Shown one piece after another: positions 1 to 8,532 of a stretch of DNA of 64,000 nt. Origin of the DNA: Thermoanaerobaculia bacterium (GTDB lineage: Bacteria; Acidobacteriota; Thermoanaerobaculia; UBA5066); the NCBI GenBank assembly GCA_038245905.1, contig JBBRRY010000003.1, positions 96,001-160,000 on the forward strand, read 5' to 3'. The notes under the pieces were generated by a model that worked only from the letters and a program-made list of their open reading frames with translations, had not been told where the DNA came from and did no database searches. The translations under genes and the position numbers were made by a program. Every line of letters begins with the position of its first letter. Positions within the stretch are counted from its first letter, which is position 1.

Positions 1-1027
1 AGTGCGCGAGAAGGACGCCGCCGACGGGCACGAGGAGCCCGCCGAGAAGGAGCATGAAGTCCGCGTAGCGCTCGAGCCAGCCGGAGAAGAGGGAAAGCGC
101 CGCGCCGACGATCCCGATCATCCAGATGGACGCGTGGTCGCGCGCCTTGGGGACGAGGCTCTTCCAGGCGAGGGCGGACATGTAGATGTTGACGAAGTTG
201 GTCGTGAGCGTCGCGAGGGCGAGGAGGACGGCGCCGAGGCCGCCGATTCCCGCGGCCGCGAGCATCGCGCCGGGGTTCGTCGAGCCCGCCGCGCGCGCCG
301 CGACGAATCCGAGCGGGAGGAACCAGAGGCTCGTCAGCGCGAGCCCGAGGAAAACGGCGACTGCCGCTTTTCCGGGCGAGCGCGTGTAGCGCGGGTAGTC
401 GCCGAAGACGAGAAGCCATGAGACCTGATACCCGATGACGACGTCGAGGCCCCGGACGGCGGTCATCGACCCGTTGCCAGGCGCGGCGGTCAACGCGGCT
501 GGGAGGCGCAGGCACGCGAACGTCAGGACGCCGCCGACGAGGAGGAGAAGGGGAACGGCGACGCGGTCCGCGTGAGAGACGGCGCGCGGCCCGCCCACAA
601 CGACGGCGGCCGCAAGGAGGCCGAGGCCGAATGCCCAGAACCGCTCGCTGCCCGGCCCGCCGAAGAGGCGCGCGCACGCGGACGCGGCGATCACGTTGTT
701 GACGGCGATCCACGCGAAGTTCGTGACATAGAGAATGAGCGAGACGAGGGCGCCGCCGCGAAGGCCGAGCGCGGCCCGGCACGCGACGACCGAAGGTACG
801 CCGAGGCGGGGCCCGAGCGGCGTGAGCGCCGCGACCAGCCCGCTCCCGAGGACGACGCCGCCCATGACGAGAAGAGCGGCCTGTTTGAGGCCGAACGCGG
901 GTGCGAGGCTCGCACCTGTCTGGAGCGTCGTCGCGACGAGGTTAGCCCCCGCGATGATGAGGAAAAGGTCGACGGGCGACTGCGTCTTCCCGGAGTCGGG
1001 GACCGGCCCGAGATCGGCGGCCTGCAT
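1..1027 (-). CDS. NCS1-family (cytosine/purine/HMP permease-like) transporter, 3' end outside window
   Basis: Not in ORF track because no stop lies in the window. Manual translation from ATG 1027: MQAADLGPVP...DLFLIIAGANLVATTLQTG...RAALGLRG...NFAWIAVNN...GYQVSWLLVFGDYPRY...TTNFVNIY. Multi-TM with NCS1-type motifs. Confidence 0.8.
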   Translation of the reverse strand, partial: MQAADLGPVPDSGKTQSPVDLFLIIAGANLVATTLQTGASLAPAFGLKQAALLVMGGVVLGSGLVAALTPLGPRLGVPSVVACRAALGLRGGALVSLILYVTNFAWIAVNNVIAASACARLFGGPGSERFWAFGLGLLAAAVVVGGPRAVSHADRVAVPLLLLVGGVLTFACLRLPAALTAAPGNGSMTAVRGLDVVIGYQVSWLLVFGDYPRYTRSPGKAAVAVFLGLALTSLWFLPLGFVAARAAGSTNPGAMLAAAGIGGLGAVLLALATLTTNFVNIYMSALAWKSLVPKARDHASIWMIGIVGAALSLFSGWLERYADFMLLLGGLLVPVGGVLLAH

Positions 1028-1039
1028 GCGAGGCCGAGC

Positions 1040-2155
1040 CTACGCGCTCCCTTCGGCGTCGGGGGAATCCTTTCCCCCGGCCTGGCGCGCGAGGAACGCG
1101 AGGATCGCTTCCTCGGCCCAGTACACGGGCGTGAGCCCCCGGGCCCCGACGAAGCCCGCGTGCCCGCCCTTCTCCGTCACGACGAAACGCACCGCGGACG
1201 ACGCGGCGTCCCGCGCGCGAAGAGTCGCTTCCGGCGGCAGGAACGGATCGTCGAGCGCCGAGATGCAGAGAGTCGGGACCGTGATGCGCGAAAGGAAGGG
1301 GAGGGAGCTCGAGCGCGCGTAGTAGTCGTCCGCGTTCGCGAAGCCGTGGAGCGGCGCCGTCGCGGCGTCGTCAAGCTCGCGAAACGTCCAGGCGCGTCGC
1401 GCACGCGGGAGATCGACCCGGGCGACCGCGTCGGGAAAGCGGCGCGCGAGATCGGCCATCTTCCTCGCGAGCGTCTTCACGAAGGCCCGGACGTAAAGCC
1501 GCGTCGGGAACGAAGCCATGTAGCGGTCGCCGGCGGCGAGATCGTATGGGACGGACAGGGTCGCGGCGGCCGCGACGATCGGGTCGTTCGGGTGCTCCCC
1601 GAGCCACTTCAGGAGCGCGTTTCCTCCGAGGGAAACACCCGCCGCGATCAGGGGCCGGCCGTCGCGGGCCGCGAGAGTGCGCGCCACGAAATCGAGGTCG
1701 GTGGTCTCGCCCGAGTGGTAGAGGCGCGGGCGTGCGTTCGGGAGAGGGACGCGAGGGTCCGCGGCGTCCCGCGCGCAGTACCGGAAGTTGAGGACGCTCG
1801 CGCTCCATCCGGCCCGCGCCGCGAGGGCGAGGAGGCCCTGGGCGTAGACCGAGTTCGAGCTGCCTTCGAGGCCGTGGAGGACGAGGAGGTGTGGAGCGGT
1901 CCGCGCGGCCGCGGGGCCCTCCCGATCGAGGTGGTCGACGTAGAGCGTGTCGCCATCGGGAGCCGTCAGCGCCTCGCGGCGCATCTTCACCATCCCCCTC
2001 GAGCGCGCGAGTCGGCCCCAGGTCGTCTGCGCGTGACGGCCTCTCAACCACCACGCGGGCGTGAAGTCCGCCAGTTTCTCGTCCGTGTGCGTTCGCGTTT
2101 CGTCCCTCGGCGCGGCGCCTTCGTCCCCTCGCTTCACCCTCGGGGCCGCGGACAT
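1040..2155 (-). CDS. YheT/ABHD-type alpha/beta hydrolase
   Basis: HAQT, LHGLEGSS, YHSG.T.D, GVSLGG nucleophile elbow, DDPF, GGHAGF. Exact start uncertain. Confidence 0.88.
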   Translation of the reverse strand: MSAAPRVKRGDEGAAPRDETRTHTDEKLADFTPAWWLRGRHAQTTWGRLARSRGMVKMRREALTAPDGDTLYVDHLDREGPAAARTAPHLLVLHGLEGSSNSVYAQGLLALAARAGWSASVLNFRYCARDAADPRVPLPNARPRLYHSGETTDLDFVARTLAARDGRPLIAAGVSLGGNALLKWLGEHPNDPIVAAAATLSVPYDLAAGDRYMASFPTRLYVRAFVKTLARKMADLARRFPDAVARVDLPRARRAWTFRELDDAATAPLHGFANADDYYARSSSLPFLSRITVPTLCISALDDPFLPPEATLRARDAASSAVRFVVTEKGGHAGFVGARGLTPVYWAEEAILAFLARQAGGKDSPDAEGSA

Positions 2156-2177
2156 TCTATTGTCCGGGGAGGACGTG

Positions 2178-2549
2178 ATGAGAGAGATCGATTTCGACCG
2201 GCGGCGTTTTCGGACCGTACGGAATTCGGACGCGGGCGAGACGTCTTCCGAGACCGTCTTCCACTACCGGCAGAAAGGCAGTGTCGTCTGGGCGACGTAC
2301 ATCGGGGGAAACGTGGCCTTCGGGACGCTCCTCGCGCGGGTGGACGGGAGGGGCCGGCTCGACATGGTGTACCAGCACCTGAACAAGAACGGCGATTTCA
2401 GGGCCGGGTCCTGCCACGCGCGGACCGAGGTTCTCCCGGACGGCAGGTACCGCCTCCACGAAACATGGGAGCGGACGTCCGGAGCCACCGGGAAGGGCCG
2501 ATCCATTTCCGAGGAGGTTCCGCGCCGCAGGACGCCGGCCCGTCCCTAA
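2178..2549 (+). CDS. Small conserved beta-rich protein (family often labelled 'N-acetylglutamate synthase'); function unclear
   Basis: GGAGG then ATG 2178; T.FHYRQ.G..VWATY.GG.V..G.L pattern, LHETW. Confidence 0.7.
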   Translation: MREIDFDRRRFRTVRNSDAGETSSETVFHYRQKGSVVWATYIGGNVAFGTLLARVDGRGRLDMVYQHLNKNGDFRAGSCHARTEVLPDGRYRLHETWERTSGATGKGRSISEEVPRRRTPARP

Positions 2550-2624
2550 GAAATGTGCTTTCGGCGACGGCGCGGGCCCCGTCGTCCCGAACCCGTCGCG
2601 GAATTCGCCGCGCCTCCCCACCTT
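2539..2624 (+). promoter_or_regulatory. Putative LytTR-activated promoter A (three boxes plus -10)
   Basis: CCCGTCCC 2539, TTCGGCGA 2560, GTCGTCCC 2581 (21-bp period); CACCTT at 2619, 38 nt after the last box start. Confidence 0.6.
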
Positions 2625-2695
2625 TGCCTCGCTCGGACAACCTCATTCCGGCGGCGAGCCGGAGACACGGGGTGTCTGCAAAGGAGGAGATCGAC

Positions 2696-5659
2696 ATGCG
2701 CCGGCCTTCACTCAGAATCGTTCTCGTCCTGCTCCTTCTCGGAAGTGCCGGGGCGGCTCTCGCCCAGGGACTCACGAGCGCGACCCTGAGAGGACGCGTC
2801 TCGAACGAGGGGCAGGGCCTTCCCGGAGTCACCGTGACGATCGCGTCGAAGAGCCTGCAGGGCTCGCGCACGTCTGTGACGACTTCGAACGGGGATTACG
2901 CGTTCGCGGGCGTCCCGCCCGGAGAGTATTCCGTGACCTTCGCGATCCAGGCGTTCAAGACCGTCACGCAAACTGTGGCGCTCTCGGCCGCCCAGGAAAC
3001 GCGCGTCGACACGGTCCTCAGCCTGACAGGCGTCGAAGCCGCGGCGACTGTCGTCGGAAGATCCGAACTCGTCTCGACGTCGTCCCCCCAGGCCTCGCAG
3101 ACGTTCACGAAAGAGCTCACCGACACGCTCCCGGTCGCGCGGACGCTCCTGTCGTCCGTGGCCCTCTCGGCCGGCGTGAACACGAACGGCCCCGGCTCGA
3201 GCGACCGGATCGGCAACGGCACCTCGCCCACCGTCACGATCTCGGGCGGCCAGTCGTTCGACAACCTGTTCACGGTGGACGGCGCGGTCATCACGGACAA
3301 CCTCCGCGGCACGCCGAACAACCTCTTCATCGAGGACGCGATCGCCGAGACGACGACGTCGACCTCGACGGTCTCGGCGGAGTTCGGGCGCTTCACGGGA
3401 GGCGTGGTGAACACCGTCACGAAGTCCGGCGGCAACACGTTCAGCGGCTCGTTCCGCACGACGTTCACGAACGCCGCGTGGTCCGCGACGACCCCCAAGA
3501 ACGAAGTCACGCCCCAGAAGCTCGACCCGCAGTACGAGGCGACTCTCGGCGGTCCGATCTGGAAGGACCACGTTTGGTTCTTCGGCTCCGGCCGCTACTT
3601 CGACCAGACGACCTCGGGCCAGACGACGTTCACGAACCTATCGTACCCGGTCGGCGACACCGAGAAGCGCTATCAGGGCAAGCTCACCCTCACGCCGGTG
3701 CCGAACCACTCTGTGACGGGGAACTACCTCCACGTCGACGAGGAGCAGACGAACTCGTCGTTCTGCCCGACCGGCTGCCTCGACCTCGACAGTCTCGTCG
3801 CGGCCCGCCAGCTTCCTCAGGACATCCTGACCCTCAACTACAACGGCGTCCTCTCGAACTCGTTCTTCATCGAGGGCCTCTATTCCCGCCGCAAGTTCAC
3901 GTTCGAGAACGGGGGATCCCCGTACACGGACCTCATCAAGGGGACGCTCCTGCGCGACCAGTCGCGGAGCAACGCCCGTTACAACTCCCCGACGTTCGGC
4001 AGCGACCCGGAGTCGCGCGACAACCGGGACTACCTCGTCAAGGGGACCTGGTTCCTCTCGACCGACAAGATCGGTTCCCACAACGTGGTGCTCGGGTACG
4101 ACAACTTCAGCGGCTCGCGAAAGGCCCAGAACCACCAGTCGGGAAGCGACTACCGCATCTTCGGGACGTCCGCGATCATCGCGAACGGCGACATTTATCC
4201 GGTTTTCGACGAGAGCACCTTCTTTTACTATCAGCCAATCACGAACCTGAGCCAGGGGTCGGACGCGCTCACGCACTCCGTGTTCCTGAACGATTCGTGG
4301 CGCCTCAGCGACCGACTCTCGTTCAACCTCGGCGTGCGCTGGGACAAGAACCACGCCAAGGACAGCATCGGCGTCGTCCGTGCGGACGACAGCGCCTTCA
4401 GCCCTCGCCTCGCGGCAACTTTCGACGTCACAGGCAAAGGCGCGCTCCGGGTCGGCGCGAGCTACGCCAAGTACGTCGGCGCGATTCAGGACAACCTCGT
4501 GGACTCCGCCTCGGACGGGGGCCAGGCCTCCACGTTCGTGTGGTACTACTCCGGGCCCGGCGCCACGCCCATCAACGTGAACCCCGCTTCGGGCGCGCCC
4601 CTCGTGACCCGCGCCCAGGCCCTCCAGCAGTTCTTCGGCTGGTTCTCCGCGCAGGGCTGCCCGAACCTCGCAACCTGCAAGGTTCCGCTCGCGGGCGCGA
4701 ACATCCCGGGCCTCACGACCCTGATCAACCAGTCGCTCGACTCCCCGTCCAACCTCGAGTACGTCGCGACGGTCTCCGGCAACGTCGGGTCGTCCTTCGC
4801 CTACCGGATGGACTTCGTGCGCCGTGAGGGCCGCGACTTCTACAACAACGTGATCGACGGAACGACGGGCTCGGGCTCGGACGCGTTCGGGAACACGTTC
4901 GACATCGGCACCATTAACAACTCGAACACCGTGAAGCGCAACTACACCGGGCTCCACACGAGCCTGTCGTACCGCCAGGGCGGGTTCAACGGGGGCGTCA
5001 ACTGGACGTGGTCGCACACGCTCGGGAACCTCAACGGCGAGACGACCGCGAGCGGACCCGTGCCGAACACGAGCGACACGTACCCGGAGTACGTGAACCC
5101 GGCCTGGAACAACCCGTACGGGTCCCTCGGGACGGACGAGCGCCACCGGGTCAAACTCTTTGCGTCCTACAACCTTCCTTTCATCCCCGCGCGCGACGGC
5201 TCGCTCAATATCAGCGGCGTTCAGTCGCTCGATACGGGAGTTCCGTACGGCGCGGTGGGCACGGTGGACTCGGGCCGTTACGTGACGGGCGCGCCGGCGT
5301 ACATCACACCGCCGACCTCGGTGGCCTACTACTTCACCGCCCGCGACGCCTTCCGGACGGACACGATCTACCGGACCGACCTGGCCCTCAACTTCGCGAC
5401 GAAGATCGCCAACACGGTCGAGATCTTCGTGCAGCCCCAGGTTCTAAACGTCTTCAACGGTCAGGGATTGAGGGGCGTGAGCACCTCAGTCCGGACCGCG
5501 GTCAACGCGTCGAAGCTCTACACCCGCTTCAACCCCTTCACGACGCAGCCCGTTCAGGGCGTCAACTGGGACTACGCCTCGACCTTCGGCAATGCCCGCA
5601 ACAACCTCGACTACCAGCTCCCACGGACGTTCACGATCGCGGCAGGCGTCCGCTTCTGA
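2696..5659 (+). CDS. TonB-dependent receptor, Oar-like, with N-terminal carboxypeptidase-regulatory-like domain
   Basis: AGGAGG RBS at 2682, ATG 2696, signal peptide, LPGVTVT, SAEFGRFTGGVVNTVTKSGGN plug, C-terminal F. The ORF-track extension to 572 is antisense to real genes. Confidence 0.92.
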   Translation: MRRPSLRIVLVLLLLGSAGAALAQGLTSATLRGRVSNEGQGLPGVTVTIASKSLQGSRTSVTTSNGDYAFAGVPPGEYSVTFAIQAFKTVTQTVALSAAQETRVDTVLSLTGVEAAATVVGRSELVSTSSPQASQTFTKELTDTLPVARTLLSSVALSAGVNTNGPGSSDRIGNGTSPTVTISGGQSFDNLFTVDGAVITDNLRGTPNNLFIEDAIAETTTSTSTVSAEFGRFTGGVVNTVTKSGGNTFSGSFRTTFTNAAWSATTPKNEVTPQKLDPQYEATLGGPIWKDHVWFFGSGRYFDQTTSGQTTFTNLSYPVGDTEKRYQGKLTLTPVPNHSVTGNYLHVDEEQTNSSFCPTGCLDLDSLVAARQLPQDILTLNYNGVLSNSFFIEGLYSRRKFTFENGGSPYTDLIKGTLLRDQSRSNARYNSPTFGSDPESRDNRDYLVKGTWFLSTDKIGSHNVVLGYDNFSGSRKAQNHQSGSDYRIFGTSAIIANGDIYPVFDESTFFYYQPITNLSQGSDALTHSVFLNDSWRLSDRLSFNLGVRWDKNHAKDSIGVVRADDSAFSPRLAATFDVTGKGALRVGASYAKYVGAIQDNLVDSASDGGQASTFVWYYSGPGATPINVNPASGAPLVTRAQALQQFFGWFSAQGCPNLATCKVPLAGANIPGLTTLINQSLDSPSNLEYVATVSGNVGSSFAYRMDFVRREGRDFYNNVIDGTTGSGSDAFGNTFDIGTINNSNTVKRNYTGLHTSLSYRQGGFNGGVNWTWSHTLGNLNGETTASGPVPNTSDTYPEYVNPAWNNPYGSLGTDERHRVKLFASYNLPFIPARDGSLNISGVQSLDTGVPYGAVGTVDSGRYVTGAPAYITPPTSVAYYFTARDAFRTDTIYRTDLALNFATKIANTVEIFVQPQVLNVFNGQGLRGVSTSVRTAVNASKLYTRFNPFTTQPVQGVNWDYASTFGNARNNLDYQLPRTFTIAAGVRF

Positions 5660-5687
5660 GGATCTGAACGTCGAATTCCCCTCTTTT

Positions 5688-5718
5688 AAGGGCTCCGGCA
5701 TCGCGCCGGAGCCCTTTT
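5688..5718 (+). terminator. Rho-independent terminator
   Basis: AAGGGCTCCGGC-loop-GCCGGAGCCCTT followed by TT. Confidence 0.8.
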
Positions 5719-5740
5719 CGGGGTCGTCGCCTTGCCCCGC

Positions 5741-5769
5741 GGCAACCCCGGCCCTCGCCGCGCCGTATC
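5741..5769 (+). promoter_or_regulatory. Putative ECF (SigW-like) promoter
   Basis: GGCAAC-N17-CGTATC upstream of the kinase gene. Confidence 0.45.
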
Positions 5770-5788
5770 CCACCCCGTGGAGAGCGGT

Positions 5789-5853
5789 TTCGTCCCCGTT
5801 TACAAGGCACCCGTCCCGGAGATGCCTCGTCCCGGTGCTCCGCCGGAGAAGAT
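5789..5853 (+). promoter_or_regulatory. Putative LytTR-activated promoter B
   Basis: TTCGTCCC 5789, CCCGTCCC 5810; GAAGAT at 5848 (+38). Confidence 0.55.
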
Positions 5854-5869
5854 CGGTGGAGACTCGTTC

Positions 5870-6967
5870 ATGAGTTCCTTCTGGAAGAGAACCTCGGTGA
5901 ATGTCGCGGCGTGGACCGTGGCCGGGTTCTTCTTCGCGAGCCAGCTCTACTTCCTCTACCCGATCGCGTCCGGTCGCGAGATGTCCTTCGCGCGGGCCCT
6001 CCTCATCAACCTGCCCTTCTACTACCTCTGGGCGCTCGTGACGCCCGCCATCCTCTCCCTCGCGCGGCGCTTCCCCATCGAGAGGGCGCACTGGAGAAAG
6101 CCGCTCGTCATTCACCTCGTCGCGAGCACGGCTCTTTCCGCGCTCCAGCTCTTCCTGGCCGGGGCATTTCTCCACCGGCTGACCGCCGTGACCGCGAGCC
6201 GCGCGGAGACCTTCTGGATGTCGCTCGCGCAGTTCTTCCGGCTGAACTTCCATGCGAACGTCCTCACGTACTGGGCTCTCGTGGGCCTCGCGTGGGGAGC
6301 GGACACGTACGCGAAGTACCGGGACCGCGAGCTCGCCGCTTCCCAGCTCGAGACCCAGCTCGCGCAGGCGGAGCTGGGAGCGCTGAAGATGCAGCTCCAG
6401 CCGCACTTCCTCTTCAACACGTTGAATGCGATCGCCGCGCTCCTGAAGTCGAAGCCGGATGCCGCCGAATGCATGATCCTGCAGCTCTCCGAGTTCCTGC
6501 GGCTGACATTGAGAAATACGGGGCGGCCGGACGTCTCGCTGCGCGAGGAGCTGGAGTTTCTGGAGCGCTACCTCGCCATCGAGAAGACGCGCTTTCAGGA
6601 CCGGTTGTCGACGCGCTTCCACATTCGTTCCGAAGTGCTCGACGTGCGCGTCCCGAACCTGCTCCTGCAGCCTCTCGTCGAGAACGCCATCCGCCACGGT
6701 ATCGCGCGGGAGAGCCGGGCGGGCCGGCTCGAGGTGAGCGCAAGCCACGAGCGCGGCCGTCTGCTTCTGCGCGTGACGGACGACGGGCCGGGCGCGCCGC
6801 CCGGGCCCGTCACCGAGGGCATTGGTCTCACGAACACGCGCGAACGCCTGCGACATCTCTTCGGCGACGCGTACACCCTTGAGTACGGAAACGCACCGGG
6901 CGGAGGTTTCCGCGTTTCGCTGACGCTCCCGCTCGTGTCCCCCGAAAGCGCGCCGTCGTCCCCGTAG
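5870..6967 (+). CDS. LytS/YehU-type membrane sensor histidine kinase
   Basis: About 4 N-terminal TM helices, LKMQLQPHFLFNTLN, LLQPLVENAIRHG, DDGPG, GIGL.N. Confidence 0.93.
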   Translation: MSSFWKRTSVNVAAWTVAGFFFASQLYFLYPIASGREMSFARALLINLPFYYLWALVTPAILSLARRFPIERAHWRKPLVIHLVASTALSALQLFLAGAFLHRLTAVTASRAETFWMSLAQFFRLNFHANVLTYWALVGLAWGADTYAKYRDRELAASQLETQLAQAELGALKMQLQPHFLFNTLNAIAALLKSKPDAAECMILQLSEFLRLTLRNTGRPDVSLREELEFLERYLAIEKTRFQDRLSTRFHIRSEVLDVRVPNLLLQPLVENAIRHGIARESRAGRLEVSASHERGRLLLRVTDDGPGAPPGPVTEGIGLTNTRERLRHLFGDAYTLEYGNAPGGGFRVSLTLPLVSPESAPSSP

Positions 6968-7027
6968 CACGGGAAGCCATCACGAAGTTCGAGACGCGCG
7001 GCGCCGCACGGACGAGATTGCGTCTCG

Positions 7028-7552
7028 ATGGCATCGGCCGCGCTCGCCTCGTTCTTTCGCCCCTCACCGGAGCTCGTTCTCGCGCTCACACTTCTCGAGG
7101 GCTCGCTCCGGGCCCCCGCGTACCGCCTCTGGGAGGCGGCGCGCTTCGGCCAGGAGGTCAGCGAGCGCGCGGCCTGGGTCCTGAAGGACGACGCGGGCCG
7201 CCTGCGCTGGCTGGCCTGGCCCGCCGAGTACCGGTACCGCCGCGCACAGTGGGAGGGTCCCGTCCCCGCGGACGCGGTCGCGATTGCCCACACCCACCCG
7301 ACGGCGGGCGATCCGAGGCCCTCGGAGCAGGACGTCGCAACCGCCCGCCGTCTCGGCGTGCCCGTCTACACGGTTTCCAGGAGCGGGATCTGGAAGGCCG
7401 TGCCGGACGGATCCGTCGTTTCGGTCGACGACGCGCAGTGGTGGAGCGCCTGCCGGGCGGGCGTCTGCGAGGAAACGCGTCATCCAGAATCCAGGAGCGC
7501 CGCGAGACCCACTGAATTGCGAAACCTCCGATCGGAATCCGCGTATCCCTGA
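7028..7552 (+). CDS. JAB/MPN+ (JAMM)-like metalloprotease domain protein
   Basis: E(RAAWV)...AIAHTHPTAGDPRPSEQD, matching E-xn-HxH-x8-SxxD; lies between kinase and regulator on the same strand. Confidence 0.7.
   Translation: MASAALASFFRPSPELVLALTLLEGSLRAPAYRLWEAARFGQEVSERAAWVLKDDAGRLRWLAWPAEYRYRRAQWEGPVPADAVAIAHTHPTAGDPRPSEQDVATARRLGVPVYTVSRSGIWKAVPDGSVVSVDDAQWWSACRAGVCEETRHPESRSAARPTELRNLRSESAYP
7520..7547 (+). promoter_or_regulatory. Putative internal ECF (SigW-like) promoter for the LytTR regulator
   Basis: CGAAAC-N16-CGTATC, ending 8 nt before ATG 7556. Confidence 0.55.
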
Positions 7553-7555
7553 GAA

Positions 7556-8338
7556 ATGAAGGGAATAATTCGCACGCTCATCGTCGACGACGAGCCCCTC
7601 TCGCGTGAGCGGCTCCGGGGACTCCTGGCGGACGAGCCGGAGGTCGAGGTCGTGGGGGAGTGCGGGGACGGCTGCCAGGCCGTCCTCGCGATCGAGGAAC
7701 TCAGGCCCGACCTTGTCTTTCTGGACGTCCAGGTGCCGAACCTCGACGGCTTCCACATCCTCGAGAGCGTCGGTCCGGACCGGATCCCGGCCGTCGTCTT
7801 CGTCACGGCCTACGACCAGTACGCCCTGCGTGCCTTCGACGTCCGCGCCGTCGACTACGTGCTCAAGCCGTTCGGCCGCGAGCGCCTGCAGAAGGCTCTC
7901 GAGCACGCGCGGGCCCAGATCATGCGAGAGAAGTCGAGCGATCTCTCGGGTCAGATCGTGGCCCTTCTCGAGGAGATGCGCCCGCCGCAGCATCGCTACC
8001 TGAGGCGGATCATGATCAAGGAAAGCGGGCGCCTGTTCTTCCTGAGGACGCCGGACGTCGACTGGGTCGAGGCGTCGGGGAACTACGTCCGCCTTCACGT
8101 GGGGGCCGAGTCGCACCTCCTCCGGGAGACGATGAACGGCCTCGAAGGCCGCCTCGATCCGGAGCGTTTCCTTCGGATCCATCGCTCGACGATCGTGAAC
8201 ATCGAGCGCATCAAGGAACTGCAGCCGTGGTTCCACGGGGACTACATCGTGATCCTCCGCGACGATCGGCAGCTCACGATGAGCGCGACCTATCGCGAGA
8301 AGCTCGACGAGCTGCGCGGGCGTACGCTGGCGTCCTGA
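7556..8338 (+). CDS. LytTR-family DNA-binding response regulator
   Basis: IVDDEPL, FLDVQ, FVTAYD, DYVLKP, FLRIHRSTIVN. Confidence 0.95.
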   Translation: MKGIIRTLIVDDEPLSRERLRGLLADEPEVEVVGECGDGCQAVLAIEELRPDLVFLDVQVPNLDGFHILESVGPDRIPAVVFVTAYDQYALRAFDVRAVDYVLKPFGRERLQKALEHARAQIMREKSSDLSGQIVALLEEMRPPQHRYLRRIMIKESGRLFFLRTPDVDWVEASGNYVRLHVGAESHLLRETMNGLEGRLDPERFLRIHRSTIVNIERIKELQPWFHGDYIVILRDDRQLTMSATYREKLDELRGRTLAS

Positions 8339-8385
8339 CCCTCGCGCCGAGGGATCGCCGTCCGGAATACCGTATCCAATCGCCG

Positions 8386-8471
8386 TCCGTCCGCCCGGCG
8401 GCGCCCTCCGTCCCCGGCGAAGCAGTGTCCGTCACAACTTAGTTGTTCGCGCGGAACGCCGACCGCACCGT
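8386..8471 (+). promoter_or_regulatory. Putative LytTR-activated promoter C (three boxes plus -10)
   Basis: TCCGTC at 8386, 8407 and 8428 (exact 21-bp period); CACCGT at 8466 (+38). Confidence 0.7.
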
Positions 8472-8532
8472 GAACCACACGATCCAGACCATCGACAGGT
8501 CCGGAATTTCCCTTTTTTTGAGGAGGACGGTG

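Noticed and set aside
572-2695. N-terminal ~700 aa of the 1695-aa ORF as a giant receptor fusion
   Set aside because: It is antisense or off-frame to the permease, hydrolase and small gene; a clear RBS and signal peptide start at 2696.
7550-7558. In-frame TGA GAA ATG linking JAB and LytTR genes as Sec or readthrough fusion
   Set aside because: No redox motif context or convincing SECIS; the regulator has a normal N-terminus and an apparent own promoter.
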